IMG/VR virus record: IMGVR_UViG_3300042945_001689
Span: 44,125-108,124 of that record
Direction: 5' to 3' (one strand)
Length of the DNA: 64,000 nucleotides
From: a virus
Below, piece after piece: positions 19,257-27,592 of this stretch (the stretch's first letter is position 1; each line of letters begins with the position of its first letter). Both the position numbers and the translations under genes were made by a program. Below the pieces are notes generated by a model. It was not told where the DNA came from. It did no database searches and was given only the letters and a program-made list of their open reading frames with translations.

Positions 19257-19980
19257 ACTCATTACGATATATCCTAACTAGGTTAGATATTGTTGGATAT
19301 TGAGAGTTATACTTGTTTTCCATAAGAAGTAAGCCATGAACGTTGTTTGCTTCGCATTCCCTCAAAAATTCAATAAACTCATTTTCTGAAAAATTTTCTA
19401 GATCTACATTGTCTGGTCTATCATCTCCTATTACAGGACAAATTGAGATAACATACTTTTTGTCAGTTAGATCAAACTTATTTATTTTATACCAAGAATA
19501 TGGAACAATCATTGGAAAGTCATTATCTGCACAAACATTAAAAACCTCTTTGTTTGTTGTTGAAATGTAAAAGTCATTATCGCTTATTCTTTTAAATTCT
19601 TTTGCATATTCAAGCATATAGTTAGATCTTTCAATATTTGATGAATTGTCGTTTAGATCAGACAATATACCGCCAAAAATTTTTTCTTTCTCGTAGATAA
19701 ATCCACTTATAAAATTAATTGATACTGCCTTGTCATTAATTTCATTTATAGAAGAACATATCATAGATAGATACTGTGGCGAGATTGAGTGAGGCCTAAT
19801 TGCAACTATAAATTTAAAGTTATCTTTTTCCATTATTCTAGATATTTTTGTAAAGTAGTCATTGCTATAGATTGTGTATGGATACATTACACCATCAAAT
19901 TTTTTATACTGCAGGTTTTTCTTTTTTTTTATAAGTCCAGTAATATTTGTAGAATATCTGTCAAACCAGATTATATCCAC
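19231..19980 (-). CDS. Short luciferase-like (SsuD/LLM) monooxygenase-like protein
   Basis: FIVAIRPHSISPQY..INFISG resembles LLM motifs; paralog of 35140..35874. Confidence 0.55.
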   Translation of the reverse strand: MDIIWFDRYSTNITGLIKKKKNLQYKKFDGVMYPYTIYSNDYFTKISRIMEKDNFKFIVAIRPHSISPQYLSMICSSINEINDKAVSINFISGFIYEKEKIFGGILSDLNDNSSNIERSNYMLEYAKEFKRISDNDFYISTTNKEVFNVCADNDFPMIVPYSWYKINKFDLTDKKYVISICPVIGDDRPDNVDLENFSENEFIEFLRECEANNVHGLLLMENKYNSQYPTISNLVRIYRNESTTYPMDT

Positions 19981-20213
19981 TACTCTTCCTTACAACTACA
20001 ATGATTACAAACATCTTCTTTGAATAATTGAGTTGCCCATTTATCTTCTAGCCATAAAGGGTTTGGAGGAGTGTGTGTCTTGTTAATCTCTACCCATGTT
20101 TCTCTACCCATATTGTCTGTTCTAGGAATATGGCTTGATTCGAACTCAGGAGCCTTTGGTTCTTCCTGGAAATCTATGTCCCAGGCATTTTCGAAATTAT
20201 CTAATATACCCAT
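19980..20213 (-). CDS. Hypothetical protein
   Basis: 77 aa; TATAAT 6 nt upstream of ATG. Confidence 0.6.
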   Translation of the reverse strand: MGILDNFENAWDIDFQEEPKAPEFESSHIPRTDNMGRETWVEINKTHTPPNPLWLEDKWATQLFKEDVCNHCSCKEE

Positions 20214-20344
20214 GTATTTATTATACCCGAAAATCTGAAAAATTTTGGTTTTGAGAAAATCTGAATATTTTGTAAAGATGTATGATACATGATTTTAAAA
20301 AAAACACACAAAAAAATTAGTGAGCACACCGCAGAGATATGCCC

Positions 20345-20403
20345 ACTATGCATGGCCTTTTATTTTAAACTATGCACCCACTTTTATTTTACACTATGCA
20401 CCC
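20345..20403. repeat. Three direct repeats with 24-bp period (core ACTATGCA)
   Basis: ACTATGCA at 20345, 20369, 20393 separated by TTTTATTTT tracts. Confidence 0.85.
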
Positions 20404-20429
20404 TTGTTTATTTCTTAGGGGTGCCACCT

Positions 20430-20606
20430 CTATAATGTATTCCCCTGCACGTAGCCGTCAATACATAATAGATCGCATGTAATTTTTACACGCTGGTTAG
20501 GTAGTAGTGTTGATTTAAATACCTCAATAAAATCGTAGACCTCTTGCTTAGTCATGAGGTTAATGTTGCGAGTGTTACCTGACATTGTTGTTAGTGTTAC
20601 TTTCAT
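20430..20606 (-). CDS. Small early protein (paralog of 21762..21938)
   Basis: hand-translated MKVTLTTMSG..KITCDLLCIDGYVQGNTL*; AAAGGA SD. Confidence 0.7.
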   Translation of the reverse strand: MKVTLTTMSGNTRNINLMTKQEVYDFIEVFKSTLLPNQRVKITCDLLCIDGYVQGNTL

Positions 20607-20735
20607 TTAGTTTCCTTTAGTAGTGCATAGACATTGGTTAATTGTAATTGTGTTACCCTTTTGGATAACGCTTGCGAGAGTGTCACACTCATCGCAGATG
20701 TAAAGATGATCGAACATATCCATAATGTTACCCAT
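20607..20735 (-). CDS. Small Cys-containing early protein
   Basis: AGGAG SD; CDEC motif. Confidence 0.55.
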   Translation of the reverse strand: MGNIMDMFDHLYICDECDTLASVIQKGNTITINQCLCTTKGN

Positions 20736-20740
20736 ATTGG

Positions 20741-20935
20741 TTACTCTCCTAAAAAATAATCTAATTTGTAGCGTGAGAGGTGAAACCACTCACCTGATTC
20801 TAGTAACACACTCTTAGCGTGTTGATTAGACTTTTTGATCTTAACGATCTTGCCTGATTTAACTAAGGCAAAAGATAGAGGCATTGTAATAATATCTCCA
20901 ATTTCGATATTGTCGTATAGTGATAATGTAGTCAT
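20741..20935 (-). CDS. Small early protein
   Basis: GAAAGG SD, downstream of minus-strand promoter. Confidence 0.65.
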   Translation of the reverse strand: MTTLSLYDNIEIGDIITMPLSFALVKSGKIVKIKKSNQHAKSVLLESGEWFHLSRYKLDYFLGE

Positions 20936-20990
20936 TTAGTAACTACCTTTCTTTTAATGTGATAAACCTTGTGTTTATCGCTTTCCTTGA

Positions 20991-21065
20991 CCTAGGTTAT
21001 TTGCTCTTATTTGCTACGCTCACTCTATTTCTAGATTTATTTGGTAGGCTCAGAGGCTCACTAGG
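20991..21065 (-). ncRNA. Structured leader RNA: hairpin with three UGAGC/CAAAUAA internal loops and GAAA tetraloop
   Basis: CCUAG UGAGC CUC UGAGC CUAC CAAAUAA AUCUA GAAA UAGAG UGAGC GUAG CAAAUAA GAG CAAAUAA CCUAGG; four stems pair. Confidence 0.75.
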
Positions 21066-21091
21066 ATTTCTTATTTAATTTTATAGTAGTA

Positions 21092-21120
21092 ATACTAGCA
21101 TAGAAATCTCAAAAAGTCAA
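21092..21120 (-). promoter_or_regulatory. SigA-type promoter TTGACT-N17-TAGTAT with extended TG
   Basis: consensus match and spacing; drives the leader RNA and leftward early genes. Confidence 0.75.
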
Positions 21121-21206
21121 GTTTAGACACGGACAAATCGGACATTTTTTGTGTGATCTGTACCACATTTACCCGCGGGCCCCGACACGCCCGACCTCGT
21201 TGTGGG

Positions 21207-21256
21207 TTATCCACATGATGTACATCACATCCAGAATTGAGCGTGAGTTATCCACA
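21207..21256 (+). promoter_or_regulatory. Two DnaA boxes (TTATCCACA at 21207 and 21248)
   Basis: perfect consensus; further boxes at 23806 and 28711, 1-mismatch box at 28722. Confidence 0.7.
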
Positions 21257-21310
21257 TGACCTACATCACATTTCAAAATGTCCGTTTTGGTATGATTACT
21301 GGTCAGTAGA

Positions 21311-21332
21311 TGTCAGACCCCCCTGCTATACT
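21311..21332 (+). promoter_or_regulatory. TGTCAG-N10-TATACT promoter
   Basis: member of 7-copy motif family with fixed spacing. Confidence 0.7.
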
Positions 21333-21387
21333 TCTAGGTATAGAAGGTTGAAAAAGAAGTAAACCCCTTAAAGAAAGGAAGTCCAGA

Positions 21388-21597
21388 ATGACTTCACTAA
21401 ATGTAAATGTAACTACTAAACAATATGAATTGCGTTGGTCTGGATTGCAGACTTCTAGCAATTACACTTCATCTAATTTAGGTGGATTGTTCAATGATGA
21501 AAAGTCTATGAACGACTACTTAGATCAAAAAGTATCTGAGGGTTGGATAATCCTTGAAACTTCCGTTAATGTTTTTGAGCCTTTGGAGGTAAAGTAA
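21388..21597 (+). CDS. Small early protein
   Basis: GAAAGGA SD after promoter. Confidence 0.7.
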   Translation: MTSLNVNVTTKQYELRWSGLQTSSNYTSSNLGGLFNDEKSMNDYLDQKVSEGWIILETSVNVFEPLEVK

Positions 21598-21761
21598 TGA
21601 ACGCTATTTATTCACTAAAATCTATCTGCGGAAAGAATACTTTCTATGTAGATGCATATGATGTAAATTTTAATCCTAATGGTGCAACATGTTGCGATAA
21701 TTGCAAATCAATTTTAATCTGCCGTGAGGCTTGGGACTTTCTCTATAAGGGGGATAAATAA
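21597..21761 (+). CDS. Small Cys-rich early protein
   Basis: hand-translated MNAIYSLKSICG..CCDNC..GDK*; GGAGG SD. Confidence 0.65.
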   Translation: MNAIYSLKSICGKNTFYVDAYDVNFNPNGATCCDNCKSILICREAWDFLYKGDK

Positions 21762-21938
21762 ATGATAAAACTTAAACTAACTACGTTTAATGGTACTACT
21801 AAGGATATTTCTTTCAGTACCTCGTCAGATGTGCGTACATATATTGACGCACTAAAAAATACACTACCTAAATCAGTAGTGTTGCAAGTATCTTGCGATA
21901 CTCTTGGAATATCGGGTCACTTGAAAGGAAACAAATAA
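21762..21938 (+). CDS. Small early protein (paralog of 20430..20606)
   Basis: MIKLKLTTFNG..QVSCDTLGISGHLKGNK*. Confidence 0.7.
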   Translation: MIKLKLTTFNGTTKDISFSTSSDVRTYIDALKNTLPKSVVLQVSCDTLGISGHLKGNK

Positions 21939-22483
21939 TGAACCTTGATGAATATAAACAATTCGTAAAAACAAAACGTCAGATGTCAAAAATTGACGCT
22001 ATGGCAATTCTTGAAAATGCTAAAAAGCAAAATGAACTTATCCACTCTCAAAAAGAAAATGGTGAAAACTAATGAGCCTTGAACTACAAGACACACTGGC
22101 TATATGCCGTCAAATTCGTAACAATGATCGTGATAGTGGAACACACTACTTACTAGGTTATCTATGGGCTAACACTTCAGATAAAGAAAAGAAAAGAATC
22201 TATAAATTGTTCAAGGCAGACCTTGATGAGATTGGAGAAAAATAAAATGGAATTCGTAATTGTGTGCATGCATTGTTGGAAGAATACAAAATATGATGCG
22301 CTATCAGATGCAAGAGGGTTGCCGTGTAATCAATGCGGTAAAATCCTATAGGATGTGTTTAGACAAATAGTCTAAAAAAGCCCGCGGGCCCCTGTCCAAA
22401 ATGTCCGATTTGTGATATGTGATGTAACACACATTGAGAGTTGTCCGATTTGTCTGATAATTACTTGACATAATGTGTGCAAA

Positions 22484-22505
22484 TGTCAGACCCCCCTGCT
22501 ATAAT
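22484..22505 (+). promoter_or_regulatory. TGTCAG-N10-TATAAT promoter
   Basis: near-identical to 21311 copy. Confidence 0.7.
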
Positions 22506-22558
22506 ATAAATATAAAGAAAACAAGCGGTAAAGAAATCCGCTAAGAAAGGTGGTCAAA

Positions 22559-22756
22559 ATGACTACATTAAATAAAACTCAATGTGTGAATGGTAATTCT
22601 CACACCCCTAATCGTAAAGCAATTTCAATAATTGCTCACAATTTCGATTGTTCCGATTACTTTACATTTTGCGAAGTTTGCGAGCAAAACATTTCAGCAT
22701 TCTCATTCTATGATGAGGATCGTGGAGATGTTCTCAGCAAATGGTCAATAGACTAA
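22559..22756 (+). CDS. Small Zn-finger-like early protein
   Basis: CEVC; GAAAGGTGG SD. Confidence 0.65.
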   Translation: MTTLNKTQCVNGNSHTPNRKAISIIAHNFDCSDYFTFCEVCEQNISAFSFYDEDRGDVLSKWSID

Positions 22757-22763
22757 AAGGTCG

Positions 22764-22779
22764 TGTGATTAACCTCACA
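22764..22779. promoter_or_regulatory. CRP/GlxR-type site TGTGA-N6-TCACA
   Basis: perfect consensus. Confidence 0.7.
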
Positions 22780-22817
22780 TTCCAAATGTCCTAAATGTCC
22801 GTTTTTGGATTTGATTA

Positions 22818-22839
22818 TGTCAGTCCAATCTGGTAAGAT
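22818..22839 (+). promoter_or_regulatory. TGTCAG-N10-TAAGAT promoter
   Basis: motif family. Confidence 0.65.
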
Positions 22840-22872
22840 AAATACATAACAAAAAAAGAAAGAGGTGGCACT

Positions 22873-23076
22873 ATGTCAGCCAATGTTTACTCAGTCCAAT
22901 CCCTACTAGTGGGAACCGAATATCAGTCTGCAACCTTAACGGGTAAGATCGTTAGAGCAGAAGCGCACCCTAAAGCCGTATGGTATGATGGTTGCGAAAG
23001 TTATCTCGTAGAAATCCGACCTGAAATCGGATTTAGAAATGCTTATCGCACCATAGCGGTAAAAACTTCTAATTAA
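22873..23076 (+). CDS. Small early protein
   Basis: GAGGTGG SD. Confidence 0.7.
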   Translation: MSANVYSVQSLLVGTEYQSATLTGKIVRAEAHPKAVWYDGCESYLVEIRPEIGFRNAYRTIAVKTSN

Positions 23077-23091
23077 ATAAAATCGAAACAA

Positions 23092-23139
23092 GGGCAGTTT
23101 AGAGAGTGTTCTCGCCCGATGTCGTAAGTAAGAACTCTC
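23092..23139 (-). ncRNA. Divergent antisense copy of the pseudoknot motif
   Basis: GAGAGUUC..GGGCG-A-GAAC(A)CUCUC-UAAAC-UGCCC; same topology, longer loop 1. Confidence 0.4.
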
Positions 23140-23147
23140 ACCAATAT

Positions 23148-23169
23148 TGTCAGTGCCCACTGATATAAT
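23148..23169 (+). promoter_or_regulatory. TGTCAG-N10-TATAAT promoter
   Basis: motif family. Confidence 0.7.
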
Positions 23170-23201
23170 TTAACTCAACTAAAGAATAGGAAATAAAAAC
23201 A

Positions 23202-23408
23202 ATGAAAAAAATAACCCACTCGCTACAATTCGTTACCGAGGTTGATGAAAATCACCCAATAGGAATGCAACTGCTTTCACTTTCACGAGAAATGCAAAAA
23301 GAAATGCTTGAAGGAATGTTAAAAGAACTGGTTGCACCAAAAATTCAACCAATCCTTGACTTTCTTAATGAAGGCAATTCATATGCAATTCTAAAGGTGG
23401 CAGACTAA
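23202..23408 (+). CDS. Small early protein
   Basis: ORF after promoter, AGGA SD. Confidence 0.7.
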   Translation: MKKITHSLQFVTEVDENHPIGMQLLSLSREMQKEMLEGMLKELVAPKIQPILDFLNEGNSYAILKVAD

Positions 23409-23608
23409 TGATGACACGAAAAGACTATGTCGCAACTGCTGAAATTCTAAGCAATTATTTTGCTACATCTATTTTTGATGAGCAGGCAGAAATTTTATTT
23501 GCTGATTTGGTAGATGAATTTTCGCTAATGTTTGAAAGTGATAATCCAAGATTTGACGCAAATAAATTTGCTCTTGCTTGCTATAAAGAAATTGAGGTAA
23601 ATGCGTGA
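23408..23608 (+). CDS. Small early protein
   Basis: MTRKDY..DNPRFD..F..AC; coupled start/stop. Confidence 0.7.
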   Translation: MMTRKDYVATAEILSNYFATSIFDEQAEILFADLVDEFSLMFESDNPRFDANKFALACYKEIEVNA

Positions 23609-23735
23609 ATAGATTTTTAACAACAATCGTTCAACTATTTTTAGCGGGTAGCGTTTTCATTTTATTTAAAATGATGTTACCAATGCTAAAAGAAGATTTT
23701 CAACAAATAAAAAATGATTTAACAAAATAAAAAAA

Positions 23736-23763
23736 ATTCCTAAGCAAGAATAAAAACTGCTTA
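23736..23763 (+). ncRNA. H-type pseudoknot motif, copy 1
   Basis: AUUC-C-UAAGCA-A-GAAU-AAAAAC-UGCUUA; compensatory A-U in P2. Confidence 0.8.
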
Positions 23764-23879
23764 AATTTTGCCCGCGGGCCCCGACACGCCCGACCTCGTT
23801 GTGAGTTATCCACAACTCCTTTACGTGTGGTTAAGATCACACCCCAAAACCTGCAAAACCCCCTTAATGAATTATGAGA

Positions 23880-23901
23880 TGTCAGTCAAATATGCTAGGA
23901 T
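23880..23901 (+). promoter_or_regulatory. TGTCAG-N10-TAGGAT promoter
   Basis: motif family. Confidence 0.65.
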
Positions 23902-23928
23902 TGTATTATTCCAAAGAAAGGAAAACTA

Positions 23929-24123
23929 ATGGGAAACTTGTTTGATAAAATAGGAATTTGCTACACTTGCTATGATGAGGGCGTTATCTTTACTGATATG
24001 GATAGCGATGGATTTATAAATGATTTCTGCGCTGATTGTGAAAAAGGTCAGGTATTTGCTAATGACTATTCAATATGGTATGCTGAAAATGAAATGAACG
24101 AATACACTAAGGAGAACGCATAA
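23929..24123 (+). CDS. Small Zn-finger-like early protein
   Basis: CYTC..CADC; strong SD. Confidence 0.7.
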   Translation: MGNLFDKIGICYTCYDEGVIFTDMDSDGFINDFCADCEKGQVFANDYSIWYAENEMNEYTKENA

Positions 24124-24226
24124 TGACCTACTATGACGACTACTATGAAACTGATACGCCTACTGCCGTAGGTTGCTACTGCAAAATAAATTATCTATGC
24201 TCAGAATGTAAAGGAAGTTACAACTA

Positions 24227-24439
24227 ATGGAATATGAATATCTAATTACCTGCGCCTATGACGGGAACGCTCCGCATTGGGAGCAACGCTATGAAAACGA
24301 ATATGGCGCATGGGAAAACTTTTTCCTATTTACTGATTGGGGAATGGCTGATGAATACTCAACAGTTAATCTTTACACGCCAACTGGCAAATGTTATACA
24401 AAAAACTTTTATCGTAGTGGAATGGTGAGTGTAAAATAA
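24227..24439 (+). CDS. Small early protein
   Basis: 70 aa with SD. Confidence 0.7.
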   Translation: MEYEYLITCAYDGNAPHWEQRYENEYGAWENFFLFTDWGMADEYSTVNLYTPTGKCYTKNFYRSGMVSVK

Positions 24440-24633
24440 TGACACAGGAAAATTTTAAATATAGTTGGGAACGCTATACTATTTGGGATACCCCCGAAGT
24501 TTGGGAAGAACCATGCGGTGATGAAAGGGCTGAATTGAATGGCGTTGTGTCTTGGGAGTTAGAAGATGAAGAGCCATTTATTTCTTTAGAAGAAGATCCA
24601 GAAATGGAAGATTGGTTAATGAGTAATGTTTAA
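24439..24633 (+). CDS. Small acidic early protein
   Basis: very Glu/Asp/Trp-rich; coupled to upstream ORF. Confidence 0.6.
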   Translation: MTQENFKYSWERYTIWDTPEVWEEPCGDERAELNGVVSWELEDEEPFISLEEDPEMEDWLMSNV

Positions 24634-24842
24634 GATGTAAAATATAAAAACCCCCGCGGGCGATGTCCGATTTGTCCAGAATCTCCCAGGATTTGATTTC
24701 TAAGATTATTTATGATATTATTTTTATATGTGGAAAAAAACAAGCGAAGAGTTACGTAGAATACAAGAGTTACGTAGATCTAATGCTGCTACCCCTTTAC
24801 GGGACAAGTCTAAATATTCCCGAAAAAACAAGCATAAGAAAC

Positions 24843-24871
24843 TTGACATTTATCTCCCTGAAAGGTAGAAT
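24843..24871 (+). promoter_or_regulatory. SigA promoter TTGACA-N17-TAGAAT, leaderless for 24878
   Basis: consensus; ATG 6 nt after -10. Confidence 0.8.
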
Positions 24872-24877
24872 ATTAAT

Positions 24878-25606
24878 ATGAACCCAACTCACACCCTGAA
24901 ACGCTCTAATGATAGGAAAGTAACTAATGCTGTCAGTCCTAATGGTAAGACTCCAACAATTGCTAACACCTTCGGACTACCCGCAGGCAAAGAGTACTCC
25001 TGTCCTGGAGAAACCCCTACCTGCAAAAAAGTCTGCTACGCAGGAAAACTTGAAAAGATCTACAAAGGCGTAAAAGCCGTACTATTACATAATTGGGATT
25101 TGCTAAGCAATGCAGATTTTGATACCCAGGTACAATTGATAGATGAAATGATTATTGATTTCAAGTCTGATTGTGTAAAGAAAGACGCTCCTATGCTATT
25201 CCGTATCCACTGGGACGGAGATTTCTTCAATGATCAATACACTCTGGCCTGGAAGACAGTAATTGAAAGACACGAAGATGTTCAATTTTGGGTATACACG
25301 AGAGTAGCAAGCGCTGCTAGGATTCTTAAGGATGTTTCTAATTTAGGATTATATTATTCTACAGACGGCGATAACAAAAATATTGCACAAGGTCTCTCGG
25401 AAGAAGGAATAAAACTAGCATATCTTTCTACTACATTTGCGTTAGGTAAGGAAGATATGCTAAACTTGATAGGTAAGTCAGCCGTCAAGTGTCCTGAGAA
25501 TAATAAAAAGATTCCCCTCATTTCTAAACAGGGGTCAGCGTGTGTTACTTGCGGTCAATGTGTATTTGAGCGTAATAATATCCTATTTTCTAGTACTAAG
25601 AAATGA
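24878..25606 (+). CDS. GP88-family protein (mycobacteriophage gp88-like, Cys-rich)
   Basis: CPG.T..C..VCYA, FRIHWDGDF, YTR, C-terminal CxxCxxC. Confidence 0.75.
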   Translation: MNPTHTLKRSNDRKVTNAVSPNGKTPTIANTFGLPAGKEYSCPGETPTCKKVCYAGKLEKIYKGVKAVLLHNWDLLSNADFDTQVQLIDEMIIDFKSDCVKKDAPMLFRIHWDGDFFNDQYTLAWKTVIERHEDVQFWVYTRVASAARILKDVSNLGLYYSTDGDNKNIAQGLSEEGIKLAYLSTTFALGKEDMLNLIGKSAVKCPENNKKIPLISKQGSACVTCGQCVFERNNILFSSTKK

Positions 25607-25767
25607 GGAACTATGGAAGTCCTAATTGTCCTATTTATCGGTATTGTCGTATTGTTGGCTGGCTTGGGACATAAGTGATTTATCTCACACCAAAACTAGG
25701 CTCTACGATTTGATATTTTCTAGCAACCCTGCTAGAATTGTAATAACAACAAAAGAAAGGAAGCAAA

Positions 25768-25926
25768 ATGGCAAAGTCAGCACTATACAAAGTAGGCGAC
25801 ACCTATACCTCTCAAAAGAGCAAGGTAACAGGAACCATCTTGGAGATTTCTCCAAACTCATCTGGCTCGGTGCGAGTTAAACTAGATGTAGAGGGAAATA
25901 CCCGTTGGACAACTTGGAAGGCATAA
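25768..25926 (+). CDS. Small early protein (52 aa)
   Basis: hand-translated MAKSALYKVGD..RWTTWKA*; GAAAGGA SD. Confidence 0.7.
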   Translation: MAKSALYKVGDTYTSQKSKVTGTILEISPNSSGSVRVKLDVEGNTRWTTWKA

Positions 25927-25952
25927 GCCTTTAGGTTTAGCAAACGCTAACC

Positions 25953-25983
25953 AGACCTGAGCAAGTCTAGGATAAACTGCTCA
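25953..25983 (+). ncRNA. H-type pseudoknot motif, copy 2
   Basis: AGAC-C-UGAGCA-A-GUCU-AGGAUAAAC-UGCUCA. Confidence 0.8.
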
Positions 25984-26013
25984 CCAAACCCCTTACCCGA
26001 AAGGAACCCAAAT

Positions 26014-26436
26014 ATGGCACGACAGAAAGCAATCTCAGTAAAAATTGCAACAAGCAAAGTAATCAAGGCACTAGAAACTCGTCTAGCAGAACTAGAAAAG
26101 AACTATGCCTCACAAGAAGCCAATGAAGCAAAGTATCAGAAGGCTTACAAGAATTGGCAGAAAGAACTACAAGAGTTCGCTATTGCTAATATCAAGAAGG
26201 CAGAAAACTTCCGCACATCATATCGTTCTTGGAATAAGACCTTGAACATTGACTACGACATCATCACAAACGAGGACTCTTTACCAAAAGAGCCTGAGCG
26301 TGATTTTGAGCAACTCCATCAACACAGTTATCGTGAGATGAAAGAGGAAATGGAAAATGCTATCCGTATTCTCAAAATGACAGATGAGGAAGTTGTAAGC
26401 ACATCAACTTACAATGCTATTTCTCGTTATCTTTAA
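26014..26436 (+). CDS. Hypothetical coiled-coil protein
   Basis: 140 aa, strong SD. Confidence 0.8.
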   Translation: MARQKAISVKIATSKVIKALETRLAELEKNYASQEANEAKYQKAYKNWQKELQEFAIANIKKAENFRTSYRSWNKTLNIDYDIITNEDSLPKEPERDFEQLHQHSYREMKEEMENAIRILKMTDEEVVSTSTYNAISRYL

Positions 26437-26483
26437 CAAGATAGGCACACGGATAATTTAATTATCTATACGCCTTAGTTAAA

Positions 26484-26511
26484 TCTCCTGAGTATGAGGC
26501 TAAACTGCTCA
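26484..26511 (+). ncRNA. H-type pseudoknot motif, copy 3
   Basis: UCUC-C-UGAGUA-U-GAGG-CUAAAC-UGCUCA; G-U wobbles fix the + strand. Confidence 0.8.
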
Positions 26512-26568
26512 CCAACTTTCATCTCTGCTAAGCCCCAGGCCATGATGCGTGGGTATGCCTGAGATGAT

Positions 26569-26596
26569 CTTCCTGAGCATGAGGTTAAACTGCTCA
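26569..26596 (+). ncRNA. H-type pseudoknot motif, copy 4
   Basis: CUUC-C-UGAGCA-U-GAGG-UUAAAC-UGCUCA. Confidence 0.8.
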
Positions 26597-26615
26597 TTTT
26601 TGCCCCGCGGGGGAT

Positions 26616-26631
26616 TGTGATAAACATCACA
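26616..26631. promoter_or_regulatory. CRP/GlxR-type site TGTGA-N6-TCACA
   Basis: perfect consensus just after CCCGCGGG. Confidence 0.7.
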
Positions 26632-26674
26632 TTCTTAAAAAATGTCCAGAAACGCCCAATTTAAGATTAGACAA

Positions 26675-26696
26675 TGTCAGCCCTATCCGCTAGAAT
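26675..26696 (+). promoter_or_regulatory. TGTCAG-N10-TAGAAT promoter
   Basis: motif family. Confidence 0.7.
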
Positions 26697-26727
26697 TATA
26701 TTAACAACAACGAAAGGAACAACCCCT

Positions 26728-27021
26728 ATGGCAAATATGAAGAAAATTATGGATGCAACAAATGATGCTATCCATACTAATGAAATTTCAGATGAGGCTT
26801 CAGGTCTTGTAGCAACTATCGCAGAAGGTCTGCCACTTGATGTAATTATCAAAGAGTTATACCAATACTCGCAAGCCTTATCTGCTATGGTACTAACAAA
26901 AGTTTTGCACACCATGTATGATGCCGAAACTATTGAGAACATGATAGATGGCTACCAAGATGAACTTACCGCAGAAATGTTTGATGAGATTGAAAACTAT
27001 CTTCAGAAAGAAGGAAACTAA
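26728..27021 (+). CDS. Hypothetical acidic early protein
   Basis: start moved to ATG 26728 after promoter and SD. Confidence 0.7.
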   Translation: MANMKKIMDATNDAIHTNEISDEASGLVATIAEGLPLDVIIKELYQYSQALSAMVLTKVLHTMYDAETIENMIDGYQDELTAEMFDEIENYLQKEGN

Positions 27022-27022
27022 T

Positions 27023-27424
27023 ATGCCTATTCCAGATAACTCGTGTCTAGTAACTATCAACTCACTAAATGAGGAGATTGCTTTACTAAAATCACAACTA
27101 GGAGATGCTCTTAGTAACTCACAAAGACACTATGAATACTATGAAAAACTGCAAAACTCTATTCGTTATTTCTTTGAGAGCAATCGTAGTGATGCTACTT
27201 GTGAGTTTGACATTGACAATGTAAATGCTTTCCTTGCTGAAAATAGCATTGAACCGCTAAAGCGTGAGTATCGTGTTGAGTTCCGAATTGAAGGAACAAT
27301 TCTTGTGGAAGCAGAAAACGAAGATGAAGCACAAGATATAGTAAATGAACTTGATGTAACGCATTGGACTGCTGAAGTTGAAAATTTTGAAGCAGAAGCA
27401 ACTAATGTAGAAGCAACCTACTAG
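27023..27424 (+). CDS. Hypothetical early protein
   Basis: GAAGGA SD before ATG 27023; VEAENEDEA motif. Confidence 0.7.
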   Translation: MPIPDNSCLVTINSLNEEIALLKSQLGDALSNSQRHYEYYEKLQNSIRYFFESNRSDATCEFDIDNVNAFLAENSIEPLKREYRVEFRIEGTILVEAENEDEAQDIVNELDVTHWTAEVENFEAEATNVEATY

Positions 27425-27442
27425 TTTTTCCGTAGGGGAAAA

Positions 27443-27470
27443 AGTCCTGAGCATGACTAAAAACTGCTCA
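27443..27470 (+). ncRNA. H-type pseudoknot motif, copy 5
   Basis: AGUC-C-UGAGCA-U-GACU-AAAAAC-UGCUCA. Confidence 0.8.
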
Positions 27471-27483
27471 CCACCCGCGGGGG

Positions 27484-27516
27484 TGTGACATTGATCACAG
27501 TGTGTTCTTTATCACA
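27484..27516. promoter_or_regulatory. Tandem CRP/GlxR-type sites
   Basis: TGTGA-CATTGA-TCACA then TGTGT-TCTTTA-TCACA. Confidence 0.7.
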
Positions 27517-27592
27517 TAACGATATTTTAGGATGATTTGACTTTGACTTTGATTTACGATAAAATTAGAATATCAACTGAAAGGATAAAAAT

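Noticed and set aside
21172-21270. Bacterial oriC or host chromosome fragment
   Set aside because: DnaA boxes are scattered among phage promoters with no dnaA/dnaN; gene content is phage-like throughout
24663-24881. 72-aa ORF, and similar 25626..25880
   Set aside because: Run through regulatory motifs and promoters without SD; 25768..25926 in another frame is the better gene
26519-26567. Permuted HDV-like or twister ribozyme (GCUAA present)
   Set aside because: No P3-L3 or twister P2/P4 elements could be placed
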